From a virus (Duplodnaviria > Caudoviricetes): DNA of 39,403 nt. A program made the translations under genes and the position numbers. The DNA is taken from IMG/VR virus record IMGVR_UViG_3300037634_002601, positions 1 to 39,403 of that record. One strand, written 5' to 3'. A model generated the notes under the pieces. The model worked only from the letters and a program-made list of their open reading frames with translations. It was not told the DNA's origin and searched no databases. Numbering within the stretch: position 1 is the first letter of the stretch; every line of letters starts with the position of its first letter. Shown here in pieces: positions 9,001 to 20,300 of this stretch.

Positions 9001-10354
9001 AACCACCACACCAACAGGTGAAATAGAGATAAATATATTAAATGGTGTTGCTAATTATCAGATTGAATGGGTTGGCCCAACGGTTAGTGGTGTTCCATAT
9101 GCCTCGTTTTTCGCTTCCCACCAAACAGATGACCAAACATTAACAGATTTATATTCTGGGACATATAATGTTAAGGTGATTGATGATTTAAATAGAGTTG
9201 CTGAAGGGTCTTTTTATGTTCCAGGCCCAGACCCAGTTTTATGTAATGTACAAGGTACAAATTTGTCAACAAATAATGGTACAGATGGTAAGATAACTGT
9301 TGACATTCAAAATGGTATCCCACCATATAGTGTAGAACTATTAATAGGTGGTGCTAATGTATCAACACAAACATTATCATTATCACCCTCATCAACTATC
9401 TTTCAATCTTTAGGTGCTGGTACTTATGATGTTATTGTTACCGATAGTGCCACCCCACAAAGTATATGTAGTAGAACAGTAATAATCACTGCGCCATCTA
9501 TTTTAAATGTTAGTGTAACAGGAAATTCAGCAAGCTGTTTTGGTGAAGATGATGGTAATGCGTATGTTATAGTAAATGGTGGCGTACCACCGTATGTTAC
9601 TACTTGGGTTAATTCTACAGGTAATTCTTTACCATCTGGGACTACTATAACAAACTTAAGTGTAGACACATATACGGCAACAACAACAGACAGTGTTGGT
9701 CAAATAGGTGGAGGTTCATATCCTGTTACTGAACCACTAGATATAACATTTAAGAGTCCAATAGTATATACTAATGTTAGTTGTAAGCTTGTTGGTGATG
9801 GTCAAATAAAACTAGAAAATATTTGTTCTGAAAATGATGTGGAAGTTACCTTAAAAAAGGGTGTATCAAGCACTAATATTATATATACTTCTACAATAAG
9901 TTCGGGGGACAATGATACGATTAGTAGTTTAGACCCAGGTACATACCTTATAACACTGACAGATGTTATAAATGGTTGTAGCAAAACTTCATCTGTAATA
10001 ATAGACGAACCAGCTAATCTATTTTCGGTAAACCTAACTCGCAGTTCAATTTTTTTTACAACGAACTCGTTTGGTGGATGGGGTGCTGAAAATAATTCAA
10101 ACGCTGCCAATATATATATTTATAAGTGGCAATATAAACTATCTAGTATTGGTGGTGTGTGGACAACAGTTGGACAATCATATAGCCCAACAAATACTTA
10201 TTCAAGCGGGGGTGGTACTTCTATAATAAATTTGGGATTTATAGGCCAAATGGCCCAATCCCAAGGTGTCACCGCACAGGTTAGATGTATTGTTGATGCT
10301 CAAAATCATACAGGTTCTTTCTGTCAACAAGTCACAAATGTAATTACAGTATGA
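6098..10354 (+). CDS. Large tail/baseplate-associated protein (1418 aa) with internal hydrophobic segment, Cys-rich region and C-terminal SprB-like repeats
   Basis: Long ORF after gp6-like gene; repeats such as SCFGEDDGNAYVIVNGGVPPYVTTW, TDGKITVDIQNGIPPYSV, NVSCKLVGDGQIKL, LxAGTYxVxVTD match SprB repeat consensus. Confidence 0.75.
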   Translation: MSDNIRIKTTPGGENKFLKVKINQKFDFIEILSLRISQNQAYKRFCSDYGVVVGRVIINNGVGVPNTKVSIFIPIDSNDALDPEIIGLYPFEIFTDKDSDGIPYNLLPKNSRGKGDCHTIIGTFPSKREIQDNAQLSDIYCKYYKYTTTTNDSGDFMIFGVPVGSHFLHVEADISDIGIFSQKPYELANDAGGSVNSQSPTKYKDRIQTSSLSQLKRFSPISVSVIPFWGDTEQCEVGISRIDVDLRVNITPSALFVGSIFSDSGKNSLGKFCIPREDMGNHAQLSTGSGSIEMIRKTRSGGTERFDVNGGQVIDDNGTWAYLIPMNLNYVVTSEEGDLIPSNDPTKGIPTTTNVRFRIGMNVNGSEGQSTTRAKYLVPNNPSGHTIDYNFDSSTTDVSFTELIWNEIYTVKNYIARTQISLINPEERNFLGIKDVDEGPFSPFPFNKLDIDVNPLFGLICLFLHIFVTILCAFNTSIIPLINTVIYLINIILMTICFAVATISIIVCGLDNMFDASARAECRCASCMNTDACDPTDESVDNCLKVCDDPILNYIPYITLECGANPSGMKYAPCGFEFGIDFGLAWEATNDAALSQGFHYPGDDDGHEVYHLDAGWIECNALGIAKALNVFKFDFYNDWVNGTLYSYLFSVKINGDKSKFCDTDCGGDVSDTNRCRNNYVYDTCTEAAPDSDHMNIIDSSGIGGATYNALYSNIYEGLIKRHNGEFYYVPKSDNTNKLYATDIVRLGSMVDCHWKGTPNMHKYFVETTYNMPPLIAESDDNGVVITGFDTNLNNDGTTLIGNIVCLPGLGGILTDNDNCVNIRRLSELGVGLDEDRQDIGGISVDNKIDNRDVEATYVRGMFAYLNGLILPSAAQGGAVFNEIKFDKTDNNFGYDDEVPYYDFRKLNLVNKIKEHDNSFYFYFGLINGNGAITKMNKNFFTECVPEDDSDFIVIGNVISGDDGTSNPPTTTPTGEIEINILNGVANYQIEWVGPTVSGVPYASFFASHQTDDQTLTDLYSGTYNVKVIDDLNRVAEGSFYVPGPDPVLCNVQGTNLSTNNGTDGKITVDIQNGIPPYSVELLIGGANVSTQTLSLSPSSTIFQSLGAGTYDVIVTDSATPQSICSRTVIITAPSILNVSVTGNSASCFGEDDGNAYVIVNGGVPPYVTTWVNSTGNSLPSGTTITNLSVDTYTATTTDSVGQIGGGSYPVTEPLDITFKSPIVYTNVSCKLVGDGQIKLENICSENDVEVTLKKGVSSTNIIYTSTISSGDNDTISSLDPGTYLITLTDVINGCSKTSSVIIDEPANLFSVNLTRSSIFFTTNSFGGWGAENNSNAANIYIYKWQYKLSSIGGVWTTVGQSYSPTNTYSSGGGTSIINLGFIGQMAQSQGVTAQVRCIVDAQNHTGSFCQQVTNVITV

Positions 10355-12051
10355 AAGGTAGAATAAAACATAAATTAAATATATTTAGGTCAAAACTAGA
10401 TGTCAACAAAGATGCGTTTGCTAATGTTAATTTATCTGGGGATTTGAAACCATTACCACCTGGAGAAATAAACTATGTTTTAAATGTTGGTGAAGAATTC
10501 AATAAAGAACGTCAATATTCAACAATATATAGACTTATGGGGACAATAACACCATTATTTAGTAACCCATTAATGAATATGAATACAACTGGTTTGGTCC
10601 CAGATAAATTTGGTACATCTCAGTCAATATCTGAGAATGGTTTAGGTTTAGATGTGTTCGATAAGCACATATTTAAGACAGAACCATTTAGTTTCCAAGC
10701 AACATCAACACTTGATTTTAGTGAAGCATTCAATAAAGGGTTAGTGGAAAATGACGGATGGTTTGGGTTTTTTGACCCAGATATTACAAAAGGTAATCTT
10801 TGTACGTTTTATGACATAGAACCAACCAGAAAGCGATTTGAATTGGGGTCATATGGTAATGAGAATTGGAAAATAACAATTACCTATCCAAAAAGAAAAT
10901 ATACTGGTCACACAACAGTTGCTGGTGGTTTACTAATAACTGGTTCAGAAGAAGTTACTGTTGGTGGTGTGCCCATGGTTGTATTATCAACGGCAACTTA
11001 TCATGGATTAAGTAATGGTGATAAGGTTAGATTAACAGGTATGCCAAACACTGAGTATGAGGATGATTTTACGGTAACAAGATTAGGTTTAGATAATGGT
11101 GATTATCAAAATAATTATTTTGCGATTAATTTATCCCCAAGTACTGTTACATTGGGTCCTATTAGTGGGAGAATGAAACGACTAGTTAATGGTCAAGAAT
11201 CTGAATATTATGTAAGAGTATTTAAGAAGTTATTGGATTATGATGGTAATTATGAAATGTATCCAGTAGGTTTTAGTAATAATGTATTCAATGATAAAAA
11301 TTATCAATTTATTATTAATCAAGATATTGATGTCTATGGTTTAACAGATAATTTAGGTAGACCATTAAGTGAATTATATTTAACAATAATAAAAACAGAT
11401 AGCAATGGAATGTTCCATAATGTTCAATCTGGGTTAGATTTAGAATTTTTACCCAATAATCTAACACCTAAAGAATTATCAAATGTTAGGAAAATAACAT
11501 ATGCTTCTACAACACACACACCATTAGAAAGTAATATAGTTTTATCTAAGAGTGAATTTTTTGGTGATATTGTCGAATATAATAAGTTTGAGTTAATAGA
11601 GAAACCATTAACTGATGTTTTACATAGGTTTAATACGAAAAATAGGGAAATTAATTTTAGTACTTCTTCACCAAGAAGGGAAGGTTATTTATATAAACCA
11701 CACCATTTAATAAAAATAAGGGAATTTTCTTTATTCATTGAGCAAGGTGATGAAAATACAATTGGTATACCAGATTATGCTGAAAATTTGGGTGACGGGA
11801 GATATTTATGGAGAGACTTATTAGATATTGGTGTTTTTGATGGTGGTGAGTTATTAGATTATCCATTTACAAATGGTGCGCATTACATACATCAAAATTA
11901 TTGTTTTATGACAATGAGGCAAGACCCATTTAGTTTGTATGATTTATATTATCAAGGGGATAGATTTGGTAACCCATTCGACCCACCAGACCCAATAGGT
12001 GACATAATAACAGATAAATTTGAACTAAAACAAAGTGATGATGGATGTTAA
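10351..12051 (+). CDS. Putative virion structural protein (566 aa)
   Basis: ATGA overlap with upstream gene; HGLSNGDKVRLTG motif common in myovirus tail/baseplate proteins. Confidence 0.7.
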   Translation: MKGRIKHKLNIFRSKLDVNKDAFANVNLSGDLKPLPPGEINYVLNVGEEFNKERQYSTIYRLMGTITPLFSNPLMNMNTTGLVPDKFGTSQSISENGLGLDVFDKHIFKTEPFSFQATSTLDFSEAFNKGLVENDGWFGFFDPDITKGNLCTFYDIEPTRKRFELGSYGNENWKITITYPKRKYTGHTTVAGGLLITGSEEVTVGGVPMVVLSTATYHGLSNGDKVRLTGMPNTEYEDDFTVTRLGLDNGDYQNNYFAINLSPSTVTLGPISGRMKRLVNGQESEYYVRVFKKLLDYDGNYEMYPVGFSNNVFNDKNYQFIINQDIDVYGLTDNLGRPLSELYLTIIKTDSNGMFHNVQSGLDLEFLPNNLTPKELSNVRKITYASTTHTPLESNIVLSKSEFFGDIVEYNKFELIEKPLTDVLHRFNTKNREINFSTSSPRREGYLYKPHHLIKIREFSLFIEQGDENTIGIPDYAENLGDGRYLWRDLLDIGVFDGGELLDYPFTNGAHYIHQNYCFMTMRQDPFSLYDLYYQGDRFGNPFDPPDPIGDIITDKFELKQSDDGC

Positions 12052-12859
12052 TAGATATATCATAAGACAACCATTTTTGTCTACAACTACAGCAACAACA
12101 ATTAATCTACCAGTTAGTCAAACACTAGCATTGGCTGGACAACAAGAACTTATCGATACAAAATTTATTGATGTTGAGGTTGAGAAGTCCATTAACACTC
12201 TGTTTGATTATGAAACTGTTAGATTTATTCCACAATACAGTGGTGATACATGTGATACAATAACATATAGTATAAATTTATTAAATACTAATGGTGTTTA
12301 TCCATCTACTACAAACTGGTCTGATGGTGGGTTTGATTTTGATGATTTTAATTTTAGGAAAAATGCATTCACCAAGAGTTTTTTAAGGTTAGATTTTTAT
12401 GATAGTGACATAGCGACAAACCAAAGGCTTTTATTTTTCAAAACCATCTACCCTAACATAGATAGTACTACAGGGCAAATTCCACAACCAATTAATTTAC
12501 CATTAACTTTTGATGTTGGTAATGTATTAAAAGATAGGTCATTAAACGGTGAGGGGTTCTTCCTATATTACTTTAAGGATGAGGTTATACCAACAGTACC
12601 AAAAGAATTATATATGAGGGCAACATTCTTAAATGCTAAGAATGGGAAGGCCACAAGTATGATGTCATCGAATGACCCCAATATCGCAATAGATAATTTA
12701 GCCAAAACAGCTAGTGGGAAACTATATACCAAATATGTATTAACAAGAGGTCTTGATGGGTATTATTATGAAATTGATACAATTTATTCGGATAATATAA
12801 CACCATACAGTAACCCAACATCATATTGGGTTAATTTATATCAAATTAGTGTATCATAA
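12035..12859 (+). CDS. Hypothetical protein in structural operon (start may be ATG12038 or ATG12041)
   Basis: Long ORF overlapping upstream stop; FTKSFLRLDFYDS motif; function unknown. Confidence 0.7.
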   Translation: MMMDVNRYIIRQPFLSTTTATTINLPVSQTLALAGQQELIDTKFIDVEVEKSINTLFDYETVRFIPQYSGDTCDTITYSINLLNTNGVYPSTTNWSDGGFDFDDFNFRKNAFTKSFLRLDFYDSDIATNQRLLFFKTIYPNIDSTTGQIPQPINLPLTFDVGNVLKDRSLNGEGFFLYYFKDEVIPTVPKELYMRATFLNAKNGKATSMMSSNDPNIAIDNLAKTASGKLYTKYVLTRGLDGYYYEIDTIYSDNITPYSNPTSYWVNLYQISVS

Positions 12860-13680
12860 TGGAAATAACAAAAAGAAAAATATTATTAGAAGATTACATC
12901 TACAGAGGTTATGTAGATGTGGACTTAAATGATGGTACAACAATTAAGTATGGTGATTTAACAGCGACAACGTTTAATCTTAATGTATTTATTAAGCAAG
13001 AATTTGACGATATGGGGATAAGTACGGATATGCCATTTAATTTTATGACTGGTGCAACTACCAATATAATTGATGATGGGACTTCACCAAACACTAGATA
13101 CCCTAACAAAACTAAGGAAGATTATTATATTTCTGGTAATATAGTTAGTGGGTTAACTGAAGATAGGCTTGATGTTGTTACATCATATGATAATACTCAA
13201 AAATATAAACCATTATTTAACTTAGAAAGTGGGGTTTTTGATGACTACAAGGGTGTTTCTTTTAGTGCGGCAACAAGGGTTATTAATAATGATAATTTAA
13301 TGCCAATAAATTATATTATTGATGGTGATGCTGATGAGATTATTGATGTAACAAATCCACAACCCAATAGTGGTGTTTTTCTTAAGACATATAGTGGGGT
13401 AACCAGATTAGTAACTGACACAATTTTTCAACCATACAATATACCAGTAACTGAGATACACTATAAATCACAAGGGTTTAACGAAACTAATACTATATAT
13501 TCTGCAATAACAAAAGAAGAATATTTATTTGGGATAACACAAACCCCAGAAGTGCAAAATGATGTAGTAATAGATAGGGGTAAAAATACAATAACTCAAA
13601 GTCACATGCAATTATCAGAAATAACAAACATGGGGGATTTAGTAAATTATGGGAATGGGTATTATAAAATACAAAAATAA
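12859..13680 (+). CDS. Hypothetical protein in structural operon (273 aa)
   Basis: TAATG coupling with upstream gene; function unknown. Confidence 0.7.
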   Translation: MEITKRKILLEDYIYRGYVDVDLNDGTTIKYGDLTATTFNLNVFIKQEFDDMGISTDMPFNFMTGATTNIIDDGTSPNTRYPNKTKEDYYISGNIVSGLTEDRLDVVTSYDNTQKYKPLFNLESGVFDDYKGVSFSAATRVINNDNLMPINYIIDGDADEIIDVTNPQPNSGVFLKTYSGVTRLVTDTIFQPYNIPVTEIHYKSQGFNETNTIYSAITKEEYLFGITQTPEVQNDVVIDRGKNTITQSHMQLSEITNMGDLVNYGNGYYKIQK

Positions 13681-13692
13681 AGACATATTCAC

Positions 13693-13700
13693 TATTTATA
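13693..13700 (+). promoter_or_regulatory. Putative phage late promoter TATTTATA
   Basis: Core motif in gap before ATG13729. Confidence 0.5.
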
Positions 13701-13728
13701 TATGTCACCGTATTAAAAAATAAAAAAA

Positions 13729-14640
13729 ATGTCACAAGGAATTTATGGAACAGTAAGAGGGTCAGATGTATCACCCAATGATGTAGATATAACAGTCTTT
13801 TATTCAGTAGATAGGAGCGCATCCAATACAAATGTCTTTAAGTTAGATTCGTCTAACTTAGTAGCAATAAATAATCCAACCAATACAATTGGGTTTGAAG
13901 CATTTGGTGGACTTTATACACTTAAACTACCTGTAACAGAATTTTCAGCGAAAGGTGTTTATACTATCGTTTTTAAGCCAGCCGAAATAAGAACCAAAAT
14001 TGTTGATTGTGGTGTATTAGCGGCATTTCCAGACATAAAGGGGTTGGTGTTTGACACAGCAGACCCTAATTTAGGTAGTTTTTTAAGTGATTTTGAAAAC
14101 AATAATCTAATTGGGTATAGGATAGAGTATTTAAGTACAAATACTAGTGTAACGGATAAAAAAATACATAATTATTTTAAAATAATCACATCAAACAACA
14201 GGGCTGAACCAGTAAATCAAAATCTAACTAATACAAATCAGAAGGCGATTAGATATAGGTACAATGACAACTCTACGTTAGTTTTTTGCACGGTTTCTCC
14301 ATCTTCACCTTCAAATGTTAAACCAAATGTATTACCATTTATTGGGGGGCCAAATCAAGAAGTTATAATATGTAACACTTTTTTCACACCATTTGTGTTA
14401 GAAGTTGAAATGGTTGAATATGATATTGAATCATTAGCTATTGGACTTTATGGTAATCAAAGTAAAAGTCTTGAAGATGGTATATATAGTATATACAATT
14501 TCAGTGATGAGATTTATAAACAATACAACTTATTTGAAATTAAAGATAGGTTTAGTGGTAAACCATTATTTGAAATTCGTGAAAATAGGTTAAATAATAT
14601 AGACTTTACTAAGGGTTTTGACGACATTTCAAACGTATAA
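13729..14640 (+). CDS. Putative structural (baseplate) protein (303 aa)
   Basis: Long ORF in baseplate cluster with late-promoter motif upstream. Confidence 0.7.
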   Translation: MSQGIYGTVRGSDVSPNDVDITVFYSVDRSASNTNVFKLDSSNLVAINNPTNTIGFEAFGGLYTLKLPVTEFSAKGVYTIVFKPAEIRTKIVDCGVLAAFPDIKGLVFDTADPNLGSFLSDFENNNLIGYRIEYLSTNTSVTDKKIHNYFKIITSNNRAEPVNQNLTNTNQKAIRYRYNDNSTLVFCTVSPSSPSNVKPNVLPFIGGPNQEVIICNTFFTPFVLEVEMVEYDIESLAIGLYGNQSKSLEDGIYSIYNFSDEIYKQYNLFEIKDRFSGKPLFEIRENRLNNIDFTKGFDDISNV

Positions 14641-14643
14641 TAA

Positions 14644-17340
14644 ATGAGTGATAAAATTAAAGTTGTTGGTTATGCTCAGAAAATTTTCTTTGATAATGGA
14701 ATTGAATATAGGAATTTCAGTGATGATTTAGTTGGTAATCAACTAACAGAAAATTCTGATGGTGAAAGTTCTATATTAACATTTGGTAATTTTGTTACAA
14801 CAACTAATTTTAGTGGTAGAGCAAGTAGATTATATAGTAGTAAAAAATTTAGTAAATTTTATTCACTTAGTAATCTAGGTCTTACAAAAGATAGGGCTGA
14901 TAGTATATTAAAGAATAACATAAATGTAACACTTAATTTAGATAAAACAGATTTATGTAATTTTGCTTATTTTGGGTCTTCAACTGAATTTATTAGAGTC
15001 AATCTAGAGAACATAATAACTAATTGGCCAGCATCAATTTTCTTAACCCCAATAAGAGACACAGACACAACATCAGTCTCTGGGAATACAATTGAAAATT
15101 ATACATATGATTTTAATCTTAATACGTCAACATTTAGGGTACCAACAAACTTTATTGTAAATAATTATAATATTAATTATAGGGGTAATGGTGCAACTAT
15201 AGATATATTTGACGAAACAAACAATTTAAGGAATTTAACAGTAAATTATAGTGATTATGTTATTTTTGTTAATGATGTTGAATATAGTGTATTGGGTTTC
15301 ACAGGTTCAACAAATGAATTTAATGATTATTTATATTTTGAAGTAAAGGGTGACCCATTTACACAATTTATAACTGATTTAATTGAATACCACATAAAAC
15401 CAAACAAAGAAATAGCTGAAGAATTTTTTAATTCATTAAGTGATTTTGAAAATAACCTATTAAATAGGTTAACAACCCCCCAATACACATCAAAGTATAA
15501 ATATAAGGTTGAGTCTGATACTGGTAGGATAATCAATTCATTTAAGACATTAACTTGGCCAGTTTCTGATGGGTATAACATCGATTTTAATACCACCGAG
15601 TATGTGAGTTATGTTAATGGTTTATTAGTGGTAACAAGCAATAAAGACGAAACTGAAAGTAATTTAATTGTTAGATTTTTAACATCTGATGCTGTATCTG
15701 ATTTTGATACAATACCAACACCAGATGGTGAGATTGAAGAAACTGAAGGTCAAAAAATAAATAAGACACTTAAGATATATGGTAGAGAATTTGATGAAAT
15801 AAAAAAATATATAAGTGGGATAGCTTACGCTAATAACGTTTCTTATGATAAGAAAAACAACACCCCAGACCAATTAATAAAATATTTAGCAAGACTACTT
15901 GGTTGGGAATTAACCTCGTCACTTGTAGACAATAGTTTATTAAATAATTATTTAAAATTAGGTTCAACAACATACCCAGGACATAGTAGAGGGTTAACAC
16001 CAAATGAATCTGAAATTGAATTATGGAGAAGGTTAATATTAAATTCAGCGTGGATTTGGAAATCAAAAGGAACCAGAAAAGTTGTTGAATTCTTTTTTAA
16101 GTTAATAGGTACGCCAGATGGGTTAATAAACTTTAACGAATATATATATAAAGCCAAAGAACCAATTGATATGGATTTATTCTTTAAGGTTTTAGAAAAT
16201 AATGGGTTAGATGAGGATTTAGAGTTATATAATGTTGATTCAGAAGGCTACCCTAAGTTTTTTAGGGATACCATAGATATGTACTTTCAAAAGGGTGGTA
16301 AGTGGTATAGAGAAACAGCTGGACCTACAGCAACACAATATGTTTTGGAGGGTAACAATCCACATGTTGGACCATATGATGGTGGTAAGGAATATATAAA
16401 CCAATTAGAAAATATAATCCCATCATTTTCTGCGTTCACAATAACATCTACCACTACAACCATAGATAAAGGTAATATATTTACCAATTATAATAGTGGT
16501 GTTATGAACGAATACACTGGACCAATATATGTAGATGTGCAAAATGAGGGTGGTGTTGATTTAAGTGATGTAATATTATTAGAGACAAATGTAATAACAG
16601 ACCCATGTCCAACAACAGAACAAACAGCTTGTGGTTGTGACATACCAGAAGATGACGAGTCACTAATTATCGATGTTAAAAAATGTGTAAACAACCCAAT
16701 TAGTATTAATGATAAATGTCAATCAAAATTTAATGCGACATATGCACACGCAGATTTTCATTACATGTGGAGTTATAAAATGTATGACATAAACGGTAAC
16801 TTAACAACCCCATCAAAACTTAGTGAATTTGTTTCCAAAGAATGTTGCCGAGAATTAGCTAATGGTATTTCACATTATTATGAAAAATATGACGAAACGG
16901 TTACAATAGATAATGCTGGTGTTGAGGTATCTACATTTACTTTAAATAATGCTGGGTATTTATGTTGTGTTAAACAACACATAAGCAATAAATCCAAAAA
17001 CGGGTGTGGGTGTAAGATATCTTGCCAATGGAGAGTTGCACCAGATTTAGAGAAATATTTTTTAGGTAATGAGCAATATATTGTTTTTATTGACCCAATT
17101 AGCAATAAAAGGGTTGTCAATGAAGCAGATTCTTGTTTTTGTCCAGAGATATATACAGTACCAAAATTAATTACCGACCCATTTACTGGTAAACAAGGTT
17201 ATGGTTGTAAGTTAACAAATGCAGGTAGTATGGATTATAATACACTAGGTGTAAATGGGCATTTATATCAATTATACCTAAAAAGAAGTAGGGGTGAGAT
17301 ACCTTGTAATAGTGAAACGTTCCTAAGTGTTGGGGTATAA
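14644..17340 (+). CDS. Baseplate wedge protein with P2 gpI / T4 gp7-like core and Cys-rich C-terminus (898 aa)
   Basis: PDQLIKYLARLLGW...LWRRLILNSAWIWKSKGTRKVVEFFFKLIG resembles the gpI-family P..L..LA..LG.. / R.LI......KGT motif. Confidence 0.65.
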   Translation: MSDKIKVVGYAQKIFFDNGIEYRNFSDDLVGNQLTENSDGESSILTFGNFVTTTNFSGRASRLYSSKKFSKFYSLSNLGLTKDRADSILKNNINVTLNLDKTDLCNFAYFGSSTEFIRVNLENIITNWPASIFLTPIRDTDTTSVSGNTIENYTYDFNLNTSTFRVPTNFIVNNYNINYRGNGATIDIFDETNNLRNLTVNYSDYVIFVNDVEYSVLGFTGSTNEFNDYLYFEVKGDPFTQFITDLIEYHIKPNKEIAEEFFNSLSDFENNLLNRLTTPQYTSKYKYKVESDTGRIINSFKTLTWPVSDGYNIDFNTTEYVSYVNGLLVVTSNKDETESNLIVRFLTSDAVSDFDTIPTPDGEIEETEGQKINKTLKIYGREFDEIKKYISGIAYANNVSYDKKNNTPDQLIKYLARLLGWELTSSLVDNSLLNNYLKLGSTTYPGHSRGLTPNESEIELWRRLILNSAWIWKSKGTRKVVEFFFKLIGTPDGLINFNEYIYKAKEPIDMDLFFKVLENNGLDEDLELYNVDSEGYPKFFRDTIDMYFQKGGKWYRETAGPTATQYVLEGNNPHVGPYDGGKEYINQLENIIPSFSAFTITSTTTTIDKGNIFTNYNSGVMNEYTGPIYVDVQNEGGVDLSDVILLETNVITDPCPTTEQTACGCDIPEDDESLIIDVKKCVNNPISINDKCQSKFNATYAHADFHYMWSYKMYDINGNLTTPSKLSEFVSKECCRELANGISHYYEKYDETVTIDNAGVEVSTFTLNNAGYLCCVKQHISNKSKNGCGCKISCQWRVAPDLEKYFLGNEQYIVFIDPISNKRVVNEADSCFCPEIYTVPKLITDPFTGKQGYGCKLTNAGSMDYNTLGVNGHLYQLYLKRSRGEIPCNSETFLSVGV

Positions 17341-17373
17341 ATATAAAGTATTCACAAATTAAATTATCATATT

Positions 17374-17382
17374 ATATTTATA
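17374..17382 (+). promoter_or_regulatory. Putative phage late promoter ATATTTATA
   Basis: 17 nt upstream of ATG17400. Confidence 0.6.
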
Positions 17383-17399
17383 ATAAATAAAACGCATAA

Positions 17400-20300
17400 A
17401 TGTATAAGTTAGAATTAACAAGTTATAATGAAACATGTTTCGATGCTAATGAAATAATTAGTAATAATTGGCAGTTGGTGGAAAACTATGATGGCACTGT
17501 ATCATTATTTGATGAAGTACTAAGTAATATATCATCAATAATCGAAACTAAACCATGTTGTGAAAAACTTGGATATACATTTGACCTTGAAAATCAAAAA
17601 TGTAGGTGGCAAGAACACAAAACACTTTGTGATGTTTTAGGTGGTGACCCATTTAAAGTGATTTTAAACCCAAACAACAATAATGGTGTTTTATTTAATT
17701 TTAGTGATAACGAAACTTGTTTTTTTGACATATCATTTGATTATTTATTTAAGTTTGAGTGCGAAGATATCTTAAAGGTTGTTGAAGGAATTGAAGGACA
17801 AAAAAATTCAGAGAACACCAAAAATATTAATGAGTTAACATTAGAGATAATTAATGAAGAAAATAATATAATATTTTTAACTGAACAAATTGAAACTGAA
17901 AATGGGTACGACATTCCTTATGTTATTCAATGTGTTAACACAAATACCGCAACTAATGCGGCAAACTATTTTAATAAATCTGGACAAATTAACACCGTTA
18001 CAAATAATCAAAAAGATGCTTATGATTCTGAAAACACAAAATCAGCGTTTATTAAGAAAACTCCACCAGGTGCACTTGGGTTAAATGATGGTGGTATAAC
18101 AAATTATTGTTTAACGGACATTGGGTTAGCAGCATGGAAAGTAATACTTGGAGATAACACATATAATAAATGGTTCAATTCAAATGGTATCGATACCAAC
18201 GTTTATGTTTGTGCAGACGTTGAAGAATTACTCAAGGGTGACACAACAGAAAACACTTTAATAACTACAAAATGTGATTATAGTATTTATGATAAAGATA
18301 TTTCATTAAAAAAAATCGCTGATTTACAACTTCAACTAAATGACGCAAATAATAAAAAAAATGAATTAAGTATAGAGTTAGCTGAGTTAGAGTTAGAAAA
18401 TTTAGAAGAAATACCAAATAACTGTGAATTACTGTCCATATTTGAAGACTTCAGCGTTGATTTTACCTTAGAAACATTAAACACAACAACAAACATACTA
18501 GAAACAGTCTATAGTGAATCCATAATGAATATTGGGGCTGGTAATATATATGATTATATAAAATCAACATCTGGTGATACTGGAATATTAATTAGTGGGT
18601 TTAGTAGTTGTACTGACCAGGAAAATGTAAATACATCTATTAAATGTTTAACACTAAAAGATTTACTATACAATGATGTCTATTTAAATAGATTTTTACC
18701 ATTTAATAAAATTCCAAAAGAGCAAACAGAATTGGTAACGTTATTTAATAATTTAAATTGTTGGTATAGGCAGACATGTTGGTTAAATTACGAAACAAGA
18801 ATAGAGGGTGATATAATAAATCAACTAAATGGTAAGAATATTAATATGTCTATAAGGGTTAACAACTCTTGTGCTGACTTTTCCATTTTATTGGATAGGA
18901 TTAAAATAAATAAAGATTGTACAAAAATTGACAATGTTCAGAAGTTAATATCTGAACCACCTAAGTTTAAAATAGAGAGGGTTGTTGATAATAAAAAATC
19001 ATGGGTTGCTAATGACGTTAAAGATGAAAGAATATTTGAATTAAAATATAGAGGTACAGAGTACGAAACCAATCATCATAAGTTAATCATAAACACTAAA
19101 GAGGTTGATTTAAATTTAAGTCCAGCAAGGGCTGTAGAGCAAGATATTTGGTGTTACATAAACCAAAACAATTGTATATTAGAGGGTTGTGATGATTCGT
19201 TTAGTACGTTTGCTTGTCCAAGCGGCTACACACTAACATCAGATGCAGATGCTTGTATTTTTACCGCAACCACAGGAACAACAAGTGCGATTACACAATA
19301 CAATGTGTCAACACCATATAATTTTACTAGACCCAATCATTATCTAAATAGGGGTACTTTATTTGTTGAAGATGTGTCGGACAAAGAATGGCCAATATTT
19401 TGGACAGGAACACCACAAAACACTTGGGTTGGACCCTACTATAACGTAGACTATTTAACCGCCTCAAACGGTGATTATTTAATGCACAGCGGGTTTGGTA
19501 ATAACTATACAAATAGTGGTTATTTAATCTGGGCATCACCAGATGCATTTTGCGCAGAATTTAGTGAGTTTGGGGCTTCAAGTTCCGATTTATTTAATAG
19601 TAAATTAAACCCAAATATATTATGGGGTGGTACGGCTGCTGACGTTTCAAGCTCAGTCTTTAATAATATAACAGGGACAGATGTGGCTGGTAGATTATAT
19701 AATCGTTCAATTTGGTCTTCTTCTCAATCACCATTAAACGAATGGATAGGATTATCATATACATTTGAATTAGACGAAACAAAGGTATATAGAGTTGGTT
19801 TTGCGGCAGATGAAAAAGTACGGATTAAGGTAAATGGTGAGTACTTAATTAATAGCGACTTAACTACATATTATCCAATTAACCCAAGTGTTAATATATT
19901 TAATTCCGCAAGTAGATTTCAACAAATATATATTGTTGTTGGTTTAACCCTTTTAGCTGGTAAAAACATCATAGAAGCTGAGGGTTGGAATAGTCAAAAT
20001 GCGGCTGGGTTTGTTTGTGAAGTTTATGATGCAACAGAAAGTGAGTTAATGGGTATGAGATATGAAACTGAACTATCTGGTGTTACAGTTTTTAGTACAA
20101 GAAGTGAAATTGGTGGTGTTTTCCAGTTAGGTGAAGATAGTGGTTATTCTTGTCCAACTGGATATAGTTTAGATACATCAATAGCCGCACCATATCAATG
20201 TATTGATATTGATAAGATAAGTAGGTTTGATAGTCAAGAAAATTGTTGTTGTGCTGGATTTCCATTATTAATAAAAGGTGATGATGATATTACGGTTGAG

